The notes under the pieces: generated by a model
Databases searched by the model: none
What the model was told of the DNA's origin: nothing
Seen by the model: the letters and a program-made list of their open reading frames with translations, nothing else
Translations under genes and position numbers: made by a program
Assembly (NCBI GenBank): GCA_965243135.1
Contig: OZ251539.1
Coordinates: 5,792,001 to 5,856,000 of the forward strand
Origin: Alphaproteobacteria bacterium
Lineage (GTDB): Bacteria; Pseudomonadota; Alphaproteobacteria; MPNO01; UBA830
Direction of reading: 5' to 3'
DNA: 64,000 nucleotides
Part shown: piece after piece, positions 28,280 through 38,050 of the stretch
Position numbering within the stretch: position 1 is the stretch's first letter
Layout of the letters: each line of letters begins with the position of its first letter

Positions 28280-29886
28280 CCGGGACGAGGAAGTTCGAAG
28301 GCTTCGATTACGTGATCGTCGGGGCGGGCACGGCCGGGTGCGTGCTGGCCAATCGGCTGAGCGCCGATCCGGCGGTCAGGGTTCTGCTGCTCGAGGCCGG
28401 GGGAAAGGACACGTATTTCTGGATCAAAATTCCGATCGGCTACCTCTACACCATGAACAACCCGCGCACCGACTGGTGCCTCGAGACCGAAAAGGAGCCG
28501 GGGCTCAACGGCCGCGCGCTGGCCTATCCGCGCGGCAAGACGCTTGGCGGGTGTTCTGCGATCAACGGCATGCTTTACCTGCGAGGACAATCGCAGGATT
28601 ACGATCAGTGGCGGCAGATGGGAAACGCCGGCTGGGGCTGGGAAGACGTATTGCCGCTTTTTCGGCGTTCCGAGGACTTTTATCGCGGAACGGACGACAT
28701 GCACGGCGCCGGCGGGGAATGGAGAGTCGAAGAGCAGCGGTTGAATTGGGAGGTGCTTTCCTCGTTTCGCGAGGCCTGCGTGCAAGTAGGAATTCCGGCG
28801 ACCGACGACTTCAACCGCGGCGACAACGACGGCGTGGGATATTTCCAAGTCAATCAGAAACGCGGCGCGCGGTGGAGCGCCGCGCACGCCTTTCTGCATC
28901 CGGTGAAGCACCGGCGCAATCTGAAGGTGCTGACCCAGGCGCAGGCGAAGCGTCTCGCGGTCGCGGACGGCCGCGTCGCCGGCGTGGAATTTCGGCTTGA
29001 CGGCGAAGATGCGCGCGCGACGGCCCGGCGGGAGGTGGTGCTGGCGTCGGGGGCGATCGGGTCGCCGCAGATCCTGCAGCTCTCCGGGATCGGTCCCGCC
29101 GCGCTGCTGCGGGAGCATGGCATTCCCGTGGTGCGCGAACTGCCGGGGGTTGGCGAAAACCTGCAGGACCACCTGCAGATCCGCGCCGTCTACAAGGTCA
29201 GCGGCGTCGGGACGCTGAACGAGCGCGCCAATTCGATTCTGGGAAAGGCCGGCATGGCGCTGGAATACCTGCTGTTCAGGCGCGGACCGATGGCCATGTC
29301 GCCCAGCCAGCTCGGCGTTTTCACCAGATCGGACGAGAGCCGCGCGACGCCGAACCTGCAGTATCACGTGCAACCGCTTTCATTGGACCGGTTCGGCGAG
29401 CCTCTGCATTCGTTTCCGGCGATTACCGCTTCGGTGTGCAACCTGCGTCCCGACAGCCGCGGCCATGTGCGCATCAAGAGCCCCGACCCGTTCGCCAGCC
29501 CGTCGATCCGGCCGAATTACTTGAGCGCGGAAAGCGACAGGCTCGTCGCAGCCAACTCGCTCAAGCTGACGCGCCGCATCGTCGGCGCGCCCGCCATGGC
29601 GAAGTACGCGCCCGAGGAATATTTGCCGGGCGCGCACGTGGCGGCGGACGAAGATCTCGCGCGGGTCGCCGGCGATATTTCCACCACGATCTTTCATCCC
29701 GTGGGAACGTGCCGCATGGGCAGCGACGACATGGCGGTCGTGGACGACCGCCTTCGGCTACGCGGCCTTTCGGGCCTCCGCGTCGCGGATGCGTCCATAA
29801 TGCCGACGATCACGTCCGGCAACACGAACTCGCCGACGATCATGATCGCCGAAAAGGCGGCAAGGATGATGGTTGCCGACGCCTGA
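28276..29886 (+). CDS. GMC family oxidoreductase (choline dehydrogenase-like)
   Basis: DYVIVGAGTAG, RGKTLGGCSAING, VGENLQDH, HPVGTCRMG and GNTNSP. Confidence 0.92.
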   Translation: MTGTRKFEGFDYVIVGAGTAGCVLANRLSADPAVRVLLLEAGGKDTYFWIKIPIGYLYTMNNPRTDWCLETEKEPGLNGRALAYPRGKTLGGCSAINGMLYLRGQSQDYDQWRQMGNAGWGWEDVLPLFRRSEDFYRGTDDMHGAGGEWRVEEQRLNWEVLSSFREACVQVGIPATDDFNRGDNDGVGYFQVNQKRGARWSAAHAFLHPVKHRRNLKVLTQAQAKRLAVADGRVAGVEFRLDGEDARATARREVVLASGAIGSPQILQLSGIGPAALLREHGIPVVRELPGVGENLQDHLQIRAVYKVSGVGTLNERANSILGKAGMALEYLLFRRGPMAMSPSQLGVFTRSDESRATPNLQYHVQPLSLDRFGEPLHSFPAITASVCNLRPDSRGHVRIKSPDPFASPSIRPNYLSAESDRLVAANSLKLTRRIVGAPAMAKYAPEEYLPGAHVAADEDLARVAGDISTTIFHPVGTCRMGSDDMAVVDDRLRLRGLSGLRVADASIMPTITSGNTNSPTIMIAEKAARMMVADA

Positions 29887-29977
29887 TTCCGCGAAGCGGT
29901 CCAGCGCCGCCCGGACGCCGAAGCCGTTCCGAGCCGGTTCGCGCGGCGGGCGGCACTCCGAACCAGCGGGGGTTGAG

Positions 29978-30460
29978 GTGAGAGGATATTCCCGAACGCA
30001 GATCCTGCTGCACTGGATAATCGCGGCGCTGGTCATTTTTCAGGTAGCGGCCCACGAGTCCATGGAGAGCGTCTACGGCGCGCGAGAACGCGGCGAAGCG
30101 GTCCCCGATCTTCCGCTCGCCGATGCCCATGTGGCCTGCGGAATTCTGATTTTCGCATTGGCCCTGGCGCGGCTCTATCTACGCCTGGTTCGGGGAGCTC
30201 CGCCGCCGCCGGAAAGCGAACATCCCGTTTTGAGGTTCGCTGCCGTCGCCACGCACGCGCTTCTCTACGCGATCATTCTGGCAATGCCCGTCACGGGCGC
30301 GCTCGCCTGGTTCGGCGAGGTGGCGACGGCGGCGCGGCTTCACGCGGCGGCGATGCCCCTCGTCGCCTTTCTTGTGCTTCTGCACGCCTTGGCCGCGCTC
30401 TATCATCATTTCGTCCTGAAAACGGACGTATTGCGCCGGATGCTCCGAGCGTCGGACTGA
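29978..30460 (+). CDS. Cytochrome b561 family protein
   Basis: YSRTQILLHW, conserved His residues in TM helices and HHFVLK.DVLRRM. Confidence 0.85.
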   Translation: MRGYSRTQILLHWIIAALVIFQVAAHESMESVYGARERGEAVPDLPLADAHVACGILIFALALARLYLRLVRGAPPPPESEHPVLRFAAVATHALLYAIILAMPVTGALAWFGEVATAARLHAAAMPLVAFLVLLHALAALYHHFVLKTDVLRRMLRASD

Positions 30461-30848
30461 ACGTGCGGGCGGGCCGCCGCCGGCCCGCGACCGGGGGGCG
30501 AACGGCAGCGCCCCTCGCCGGAGCGAGTCGGGGCCGGTGCGCCTCTCGCGAGGAGGGCGTCGGCGTCGGGTCGCCGACGCGCCTTGTCTGCGGCCACGAT
30601 GCAACGATTCAAGCCGGTCGAATCCGCAGCCGAGTTTGGCGGCGGCGCCGATGGCGGCGTTCCGGTCCGACGCGCACCGTGCACGGGCAGCCCAGCCAGG
30701 ATCCTGAACCCGCCGTGCCCCGGCCTGGGTCGCGTACGGCAGCGCGTTCGCGTCGATCCGGACTTCGTGCGCATCTCCCGGGACTTAATCTAAGAAAAAT
30801 TGATTTTCTCTAATCGACAAATCCTTGGACGACCTCTATTTTGACGAT

Positions 30849-32282
30849 ATGCGCGAGATATCTTCAGAGCAGCGGCAGCGGCGCCTGCAGGCCGACAACC
30901 CTTGGTGGGACAACGGTGCGATTCGTGACGACTATCGAGGCTTGAAGCCACGGGCGTATTTCGAGCGCTTTGCCAGCCTGGTGCAGCGGACCGATGTTCA
31001 TCGCGCCGTGATTCTTATGGGGTCGAGACGCGTCGGTAAAACGGTATTGCTTCACCACGTTATCGAACGCTTGCTCGGTAGTAACGCGTATTCAGCCCGG
31101 GAAATCGGCTATATATCGCTCGATCAGCCGCTTTATGCGCGGCTCTCCATCGAAGAAATCGCGGACGAAATCCGTCTGGCCAGCGGGGCTCCAGGCGGCG
31201 TCCGAGTGCTGTTTCTGGACGAGATTCAGTACATGACCGATTGGGAGCGCTGCCTCAAGGCATTCGTGGACGAGAACCCCGGCGTCCGGTGCGTGGCGTC
31301 CGGTTCTGCCGCCGCTGCCCTCCGATTGAAGAGCGTCGAATCGGGAGCAGGCCGTTTCACGGACTTTCTGTTGCCGCCGCTGACCTTCTACGAGTATCTC
31401 GATTTGCAGGGGGTTGAAGATCTCGTCCAACACATGTCGGACAGGCGCTTCAGCTTCCACCCCAGGGAAATCGAGATACTGAACGACCACTTCGTCGATT
31501 ACGTCAATTTCGGCGGCTATCCGGAGGCCGTATCGTCTCCTTCCGTCCGTTCGGACCCGAGCCGTTATATCGGTTCCGACATTGTGGAAAAAGTCCTTCT
31601 GCGCGATCTGCCCGGCCTTTACGGGATTCAGGATGTGCAGGAGCTGAATGCGTTATTCACGACTCTGGCTTACAACACGGCTGAGGAAGTGTCGCTGGAA
31701 GCCCTCGCCCGGCAATCCGGCGCGACCAAGCCGACGCTGAGGCGCTACCTGGAATATCTTGAGGCGGCGTTTCTCATCAAGATTGTCCATCGCGTCGATC
31801 ATAACGCTCGTCGCTTCAAGCGCGCTACTCGCTTCAAGGTGTACGTGGCTACTCCGGCGTTGCGTTGCGCGCTTTTCGGCTCGGTAACCGGGGATAGCGA
31901 GGAAATGGGGGCGGTTGCCGAGACGGCTGTCTTCTCGCAGTGGTTTCATTCCGCTCTCGACCTGCACTATGCGAGGTGGAAAAACGGCGAGGTGGACATT
32001 GTCCATCTCGACCGCAGGCAGAAGCCGCACTGGTGCGTGGAAGTCAAATGGTTGGACCGGTGCGTTCAACGCCCTGAAGAATTGAGAAGTTTGAGCGACT
32101 TCGCGAACCGGCATCCCGGCGCCAAGCCGCTTGTCACAACGCGTACGCTGATTGAAAAAGAAGCGCGATGGCCCGGAGAAACCCGTTTGGATTTCTTGCC
32201 GACCAGCCTTTACTGCTATCTGATTGGACGCGCGGCGATTCGCGATCCGTCCGCTGATGGAGCGTGGACGGTCGGCGACTAG
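30849..32282 (+). CDS. AAA_14 ATPase with DUF4143 / nuclease-like C-terminus
   Basis: NPWW, GSRRVGKT, LFLDEIQ, ESGAGR, GGYPE and EVDIV...VEVKW. Confidence 0.88.
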   Translation: MREISSEQRQRRLQADNPWWDNGAIRDDYRGLKPRAYFERFASLVQRTDVHRAVILMGSRRVGKTVLLHHVIERLLGSNAYSAREIGYISLDQPLYARLSIEEIADEIRLASGAPGGVRVLFLDEIQYMTDWERCLKAFVDENPGVRCVASGSAAAALRLKSVESGAGRFTDFLLPPLTFYEYLDLQGVEDLVQHMSDRRFSFHPREIEILNDHFVDYVNFGGYPEAVSSPSVRSDPSRYIGSDIVEKVLLRDLPGLYGIQDVQELNALFTTLAYNTAEEVSLEALARQSGATKPTLRRYLEYLEAAFLIKIVHRVDHNARRFKRATRFKVYVATPALRCALFGSVTGDSEEMGAVAETAVFSQWFHSALDLHYARWKNGEVDIVHLDRRQKPHWCVEVKWLDRCVQRPEELRSLSDFANRHPGAKPLVTTRTLIEKEARWPGETRLDFLPTSLYCYLIGRAAIRDPSADGAWTVGD

Positions 32283-32924
32283 CATCCGCGGTCGCGGCGC
32301 CGCCGCTCGCGTCCGGAAAACGCCAAACCTCGCGCGCTTCCTCGAAGGAAGCGCCCGGAACCGGATTCGGCGTTTTGCAGCGCACGGCACCGGAGGAGGG
32401 CCGACAGCTTTCGACGGCGCCGTCGCAGCGTAGCCAGCTTCGTGGTTCCCGTTCGTTCGATCCGGGTGCGCAACTATCCGGGGTCGCCGACCCGCCGTTT
32501 CGCGGCGTTTCTTTCGCGGCCGCACGCGGGGTTCGGAAGCGCGGCGGCGAGGACCGCCCGGTTTTCGTCCTGGCCGCTCGCGTCCGAATCCGGAACGGTT
32601 CTCCGGGGCGCGGTGGAATCAAGTCGCGCGCTGCGCGAAGTGAGCGAGAGCGCAGCCGCCGGCCAGCCCGGAGTTGGCGTAGCGGTTGCGCATCCACGCT
32701 TCGGTCGTCCGCGTTGTGCGCCGGGGCCGCAGTGACGTTTTGCCATGATCGACGTCCCATCCGCGAACGCCGCTGCGGCCGTTTTCCGGCGGAAGGGCAG
32801 CGCAAGATGACCGGCCGGGCCGACGGCCTCGGCGCGGATGTCGCGCTGTTGACCGGCACGGTGGATTTTCTATTCTTGCGCGCGACGGCCGCTTGGGCCG
32901 AATTCCACAAGGCGAGAGAAGGAA

Positions 32925-33533
32925 ATGAAGCTTTACTTCACAAGGGGAGCGTGCTCGTTCGGTCCTCATATGGTCGTTCGCGAGCTCGACGCCGACTGCG
33001 AGCTGGCGGCGGTGAACCTGCAGGAGAAAACCCTGCCCGACGGCAGCGATTTTCGGGCCGTCAATCCGAAGGGCTACGTGCCGTTTCTTCAGACGGACGA
33101 CGTCGGAGGGATCAGCGAATGCAGCGTCATACTTCAGTACCTCGCGGATCGTCATCCGGACAGCGGCCTCGCGCCGTCCGCCGAAACGCCCGACCGGTAC
33201 AGGTTGCAGGAGTGGCTGAGCTTCATCGGCCTCGAGCTGCACAAGACCCTGCCTCCGCTTTTTCTGCCCGGGATTCCGGACGAATATCGCTCGATCGCGC
33301 GCGGCCGGGTTACGCAGCGGCTCGGCTATCTCGACTCCGGACTCGAGGGCCGGAATTACCTGATGGGCGACGCATTCAGCGTAGCTGACGCCTACGCCTG
33401 CGCCGTGCTCAACTGGACCAAGCCCGCGAAATACGACCTGTCTGCCCACCCCAATGTCGCCGCATATTTTGACCGGCTGCGCGGCCGGGACAGCTACGCC
33501 GCCGTTCGCGCCGCGGAGGCGGCTGCCGCGTAA
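32925..33533 (+). CDS. gstA: Glutathione S-transferase (beta class, GstA-like)
   Basis: MKLYF..GACS, NPKGYVP, ILQYLAD, ELHK and FSVADAY. Confidence 0.88.
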   Translation: MKLYFTRGACSFGPHMVVRELDADCELAAVNLQEKTLPDGSDFRAVNPKGYVPFLQTDDVGGISECSVILQYLADRHPDSGLAPSAETPDRYRLQEWLSFIGLELHKTLPPLFLPGIPDEYRSIARGRVTQRLGYLDSGLEGRNYLMGDAFSVADAYACAVLNWTKPAKYDLSAHPNVAAYFDRLRGRDSYAAVRAAEAAAA

Positions 33534-33912
33534 GCGGCGCCGTCGTTCAGGAGAGGGAGGAAGCCGGGTAAAACGGAGGCCCGCGAAGGATCCGGGGATG
33601 GATTTGGCTTGAGTCGCGCCGCCGGGCCGCATGCTTCCTTCCCGGATGCGCGGCAAAGCGACGGTTTCCGTGGGCCGGGCGGCGAGGCGTTCGCGGTACG
33701 GAAGGCGTAGCTTGGGGCGAATTCTCAAGCCGTCTTCGCCGCTTATGGCGTCGAATCAGGAGATTTCAGCCGACCCATGCAATCCTTTGGCAGCGCTGAT
33801 TCCCGATTGGTCGCTGTAGCGAGATAACTTGGTGCGTCACTTGGGCAACGATGGGCAGTGCGCGCGTTCGCGATGAACGAGCGCGGTGACTTGACTGAAA
33901 CGCGAGAGACAC

Positions 33913-35025
33913 ATGGGCGCGCACCTCGTCGAAACGCGACTGGACGAGAGAACCATCAGGGAATTGGACGGATGGCGGACCAAGCAAACGCCGTCGCCGT
34001 CCAGATCTGAAGCCGTTCGCCTGCTGCTGGAGGAGAGGCTTCGCGACGAGCGCCGGAAACGACAAGGCGCGTTCTCGTCGAGTTTCGGGCGCCGCCCCAC
34101 GGCGGACAAGCTGGGGGCCCTGTGCGCTTTGGACCGGGTGTCCGGCTTCGGTCCCGTGAAGTTCCGGGAGATGCATGACGCCGGCGTGGACCCCCGGGAA
34201 GCGATCGAGCGCCCTGAGTCGCTCCCGTTCGGCGGACGCGCGGGAGACAAGCTCCGCGCTGCGATCCGCGCTCTTTCGCCCGCCGACATCGCCGCCGGAC
34301 GCTCTCGCGCTGAAGAGCAGCTTAAGCGTGCGGAAAATTGCTCCGCTGCGATTCTCGTCCACGGCGATGCGGAGTTTCCCGAGCGCGTATACGCCAGCAA
34401 CAATCCCGTACCGATCCTCTATGTCCGCGGCGACCCCGCGGTCTGGGCTACCGGGGGTTCCGTCGCGGTCGTAGGTTCGCGAAACACGCGCGACCCGTAC
34501 GCGAGCGGCGCCCGGAAGTTCGCGACGGCCGCAACGCGCAAGGGGTTGGCCATCGTGTCGGGCTTTGCGGTCGGCGCCGATTCCATCGGACATATTGCGG
34601 CCCGGGATGCGGACGGAAGCACGGTCTGCGTCATGCCCTGCGGACTGGACAAGGTATTTCCGCCGGAGAACCGGAGTTTGTGGGAGGAGTTGCTTGCTTA
34701 CCCTGGAGCTGTCTTCGTCAGCGAGTTCGGCTTCGGGCAGCGCGCGTCGTCGTTGCAACTGCGAAAGCGCAACAAGCTTATCGTAGCGTTCGCGCAAGGC
34801 GTTCTGGTCGCTCAATCGGCGGTCGACGGCGGCGCGATGAACGCTTACCGTTTCGCGCTCGAGCAGAAGAAGCCTGTCGCCACGTTCAGCCCCGACGGAT
34901 CGAAGGACACGACCGGCAATGCGGTGATCGGGGAAGACTCGCGGACAGGCGGGTGCATTTTCGAGTCGATCGTCGGCGAGTCGCAGTACGAAACTTGGCT
35001 CGACGGACTCTCCTCCTGGATCTAG
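33913..35025 (+). CDS. DprA/Smf-like protein with N-terminal ribbon-helix-helix domain (ShosA-like)
   Basis: N-terminal RLDERTIRELDGWR...PSRSEAVRLLLE. DprA core PILYVRG, VAVVGSR, IVSGFAVGAD and RNKLI. Confidence 0.8.
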   Translation: MGAHLVETRLDERTIRELDGWRTKQTPSPSRSEAVRLLLEERLRDERRKRQGAFSSSFGRRPTADKLGALCALDRVSGFGPVKFREMHDAGVDPREAIERPESLPFGGRAGDKLRAAIRALSPADIAAGRSRAEEQLKRAENCSAAILVHGDAEFPERVYASNNPVPILYVRGDPAVWATGGSVAVVGSRNTRDPYASGARKFATAATRKGLAIVSGFAVGADSIGHIAARDADGSTVCVMPCGLDKVFPPENRSLWEELLAYPGAVFVSEFGFGQRASSLQLRKRNKLIVAFAQGVLVAQSAVDGGAMNAYRFALEQKKPVATFSPDGSKDTTGNAVIGEDSRTGGCIFESIVGESQYETWLDGLSSWI

Positions 35026-35349
35026 ACGGCACGCTCCGGGACAGACGTCCGTGGTATGCCGAGGGCGCAACCGACCGGCGGTTCGGCATCGCGATGCGAA
35101 CGCGCTCTCGAGAAGGGGACGGGCATTGTGCAGTCGCTGCAGCGGCGCGGATCGCTTCGCCAGGGCGGCGAAAGAAGGCGCACAGTGGCAAGGATGCGCA
35201 ACTGCGCAATTCGTGGTCCAGTGCGCTATGGGCGGACGTCCCATGCGGACAGGCTGCTGCCGGTGGACGGGGTGATTACCAAGGGAAGCGCTGTGTTGCA
35301 CGGCCTCGAGGCGATCCGCCAGCAGAGATCGGAGACGAAATGGCGGTGA
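34995..35349 (+). pseudogene. Remnant of HAD-hydrolase/phosphoribosyltransferase (ShosT-like) gene(s)
   Basis: TTG start overlapping the dprA end gives LLLDLDGTL (HAD motif I). A different frame gives LLPVDGVITKGS (degenerate PRPP-binding motif). Confidence 0.55.
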
Positions 35350-35665
35350 CGAGCGACGGTCAGTGCTTTTGTAAGTGACCGTCGTGCGGCCGTGCGGTTG
35401 ACGACGGCATCATTGCCACCGCTTGTCGACGCATTCGTCTTAAGGTTGGCATCAGCGGCCGCCAGTTGCGCCGGACCGCTGGACAATCGGGCCCGACTTC
35501 GGGTTGACGGTCGCGCTCTATGCCGGTTGGGTGCAGGCGCCAGCTCGAGCGTAGCTCCTGCTTCGAACGCCCTCCGGGCCGGAAGTCGGAGCCGCCCGGC
35601 TGGCTTGCCTCTCGAAACGCTTCAGGGATCGCGATCGTCGCCTTCGGGAACCGACGCGCCACGAG

Positions 35666-36223
35666 TCACGGTTCGACAGGGCTTTCCGGGTGACGCGCCG
35701 TGGCGCGCGGCTTGCGTCCGTGAATCATCGATGCGACCAGGTTTTCCCCTTGGCGGACGGAAGTGAAGACCACGCCCGCCACATGAACGCAGGCCAGAAG
35801 GATCAGGAGATCGGCCGCCGTTCCGTGAATCGCCTCCATCCAAGCCAGTCCCCAGAACCGGTCGGTCGTATACAGCCACCCGGACGCGCCTGCGACGAAG
35901 CCCGTTCCCAGAAGAGCGACGATCATCCAGCCGCCCAACGGGTTATGGCCGAGATAGCGAGGTTCGGATCCTGACAGGACGCGGCGCGCATATGCCAGCG
36001 TCGCCGCCGGGCTGGCGACGAAACTGCCGAACCTGTCCTGTCGGCGTCCGGCGCAACCGATGAGAAATCGCGAAAACGCCAGCGCCAGCACGGCGTAACC
36101 CGCTCCGTCGTGCAACCATGAAGGTCCATGAGGCGTCAGCCACGAGACCGCGACGGAACAGGCGAGGCCCCAATGGATCAGCCGGATCGTCGGCGTCCAG
36201 ATTTTCGGATTGCCGGAGCCCAT
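35666..36223 (-). CDS. Cytochrome b/b6 (Ni-hydrogenase b-type) domain protein
   Basis: IRLIHW, LGHNPLGGWM, HVAGV and ENLVASMIHGRK. Confidence 0.88.
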   Translation of the reverse strand: MGSGNPKIWTPTIRLIHWGLACSVAVSWLTPHGPSWLHDGAGYAVLALAFSRFLIGCAGRRQDRFGSFVASPAATLAYARRVLSGSEPRYLGHNPLGGWMIVALLGTGFVAGASGWLYTTDRFWGLAWMEAIHGTAADLLILLACVHVAGVVFTSVRQGENLVASMIHGRKPRATARHPESPVEP

Positions 36224-36229
36224 GCGGCG

Positions 36230-36502
36230 TCATCGGGTGCTGGTAAAGACGTTCTCCAGCGTGACTGGGTGGAAATACGCCTCGACCCGTTGTCCGTTCG
36301 GATCCAGGGCGTAGACTTCCCAACAGCCTCCGTCTTCCTTGATTCGGCGGACCGTCCAGCCTTTCTCCGTCAAGCGCTCTTTCAGCTGTTCGTCGGATTG
36401 CCAGTTTTCGCGAGGCCCTGAATCGCAGGTGTGCAGGCCGGTTGCCGCGGCGGGCGCGGCCAACGTCAGGGCGATGCCGCAGGCAAGAAAAGTCGCTCTC
36501 AT
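36230..36502 (-). CDS. PepSY domain protein
   Basis: Signal peptide, then GWTVRRIKEDGGCWEVYA...VEAYFHPVTLE. Confidence 0.85.
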   Translation of the reverse strand: MRATFLACGIALTLAAPAAATGLHTCDSGPRENWQSDEQLKERLTEKGWTVRRIKEDGGCWEVYALDPNGQRVEAYFHPVTLENVFTSTR

Positions 36503-37087
36503 CTTTTGCGTTTCCGTTGGTGGCGCGAACGTCGCGAAGGAATCACGCGGGAGAGGCGCGTTTTCCGCCGCTCGGCCGCTTTCCGTCGAACGACCGTACG
36601 GCGGTTCGTGCCGGGCGGAGGCGTCCATCCCGCTGCCGTCGCCGGAACGTCGCGGCGATGGCGGCTTCTTCCAGTTTGGGTCGCCGATTTTCCGGCAAGG
36701 CTGGCTGCGCCCCTGCCGGCAAGGTGCCGCCTGGCCGCGACGGTTGCAGCGTCTGGCCGTCCGCATCGTTCGCGGGAGGTCGGCGACGCTGGTCGGAAAG
36801 ATTTTGCCTGTAGCCCGCCTGCCGCTCCGCTGCGGAGAACGGGCGGCCGGCGCGACAAACCGCGGGCCGAAACGCGGAAGAAGCTTCTTGACGGCTGGCC
36901 GCGGCATGTTTTCCCGCCTTCGGAAGCTTCCGACGATGCAGTCGCGCACGGATTTCGGGCGCCGGGCCGCTTCTGCGTCAAACCGTTCTGTCGCCGGATG
37001 CGCCATGAGTTCGCGCCGTGCGGCGAGGATGCGTTCGAGGACGGGAAAGGCCGGGAGCGCAAGCCTGTCCGAAGAGGCTCGCCTCGT

Positions 37088-38050
37088 TCAGAGCCGCGGA
37101 GCTTCTTCGGCAGCGTAGTCGAAATAAGCCGAGGTCACGAGATCGTGGAAAGTCCGGCAATGCTCCAGGAACTGCGGAAGGAGCGCTTCCCTGTCGTTCC
37201 GGTCGGGCCACTCGAAGCGGACCAACGCGCGGAGCCGCCCCGCAAGCCGTCTCGCCGCGTCGCCGGTTCTTGGCACCGGGTCCGGAGCCATGGCGTCCAG
37301 CGTTTCGGCGGCCGTATCGAGCGAACGGCATAGCGAACGGGGCAGCAGGCGATCGGTGACGAGCAGATCCAGAATTCTGTGCGGCCGGATCTCGACGCCG
37401 TAGCGGCCGCTGTAGGCGTCGAAAGCCTGATAGGCTCGAAGAAGATCCGTCCAGTCGGAATCGAGGGATTCGTCGCGCGCGGCGGCAAGCTGGGCGAGCA
37501 ACAGCGCGCTCAGAAGCTGGGCGCGCTCGATGGCTCGCCCAAGCTGCATGAAATGCCACCCCTCGTCGCGGTACATCGTGGTCTCCGCGACGCCCATGAA
37601 GGTGTCTATGTCCCGCGCCGTTTCCGCATAGAAGTTCTCGGGAGACGCCTTCCAGATGTCCTGGATGGCAAGGTCGCGGATTCGCAGATACGAGAGGTTC
37701 AGACTGGTCCACATCTCCCTGCTGATGCAGTGCCGCATCTGCCGGGCGTTTTCCCTGCCCATGGAGAAACAGCTCAGCACGGCGTCGGGGTTCATCCGAT
37801 CGAAAGTGAGGTTGTCGGCCAGCGTATAGGAGTCGGCGAGCGTGTATTCGTCGTCTCCGTGGAAATCGAGATCGCCGACCGGCGGTTGCCGGTTCAGATT
37901 GCCGTAGATTCGGCTCCATCCGAAGTGAATTTCCCGCAGCGGACGGTCCACCAAGGCTTCCACCTGCAGTCGCAGCAGGCGGCAGACATGCTCGGCCCGC
38001 TCAAGATAGCGACCCATCCAATAGAGGCCTTCTGCGTTGCGGGAAAGCAT
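37088..38050 (-). CDS. Alpha-E domain protein (DUF403)
   Basis: MLSR.AE.LYWMGRYLERAE, RENAR, GRAIERA and PRSL. Confidence 0.9.
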   Translation of the reverse strand: MLSRNAEGLYWMGRYLERAEHVCRLLRLQVEALVDRPLREIHFGWSRIYGNLNRQPPVGDLDFHGDDEYTLADSYTLADNLTFDRMNPDAVLSCFSMGRENARQMRHCISREMWTSLNLSYLRIRDLAIQDIWKASPENFYAETARDIDTFMGVAETTMYRDEGWHFMQLGRAIERAQLLSALLLAQLAAARDESLDSDWTDLLRAYQAFDAYSGRYGVEIRPHRILDLLVTDRLLPRSLCRSLDTAAETLDAMAPDPVPRTGDAARRLAGRLRALVRFEWPDRNDREALLPQFLEHCRTFHDLVTSAYFDYAAEEAPRL

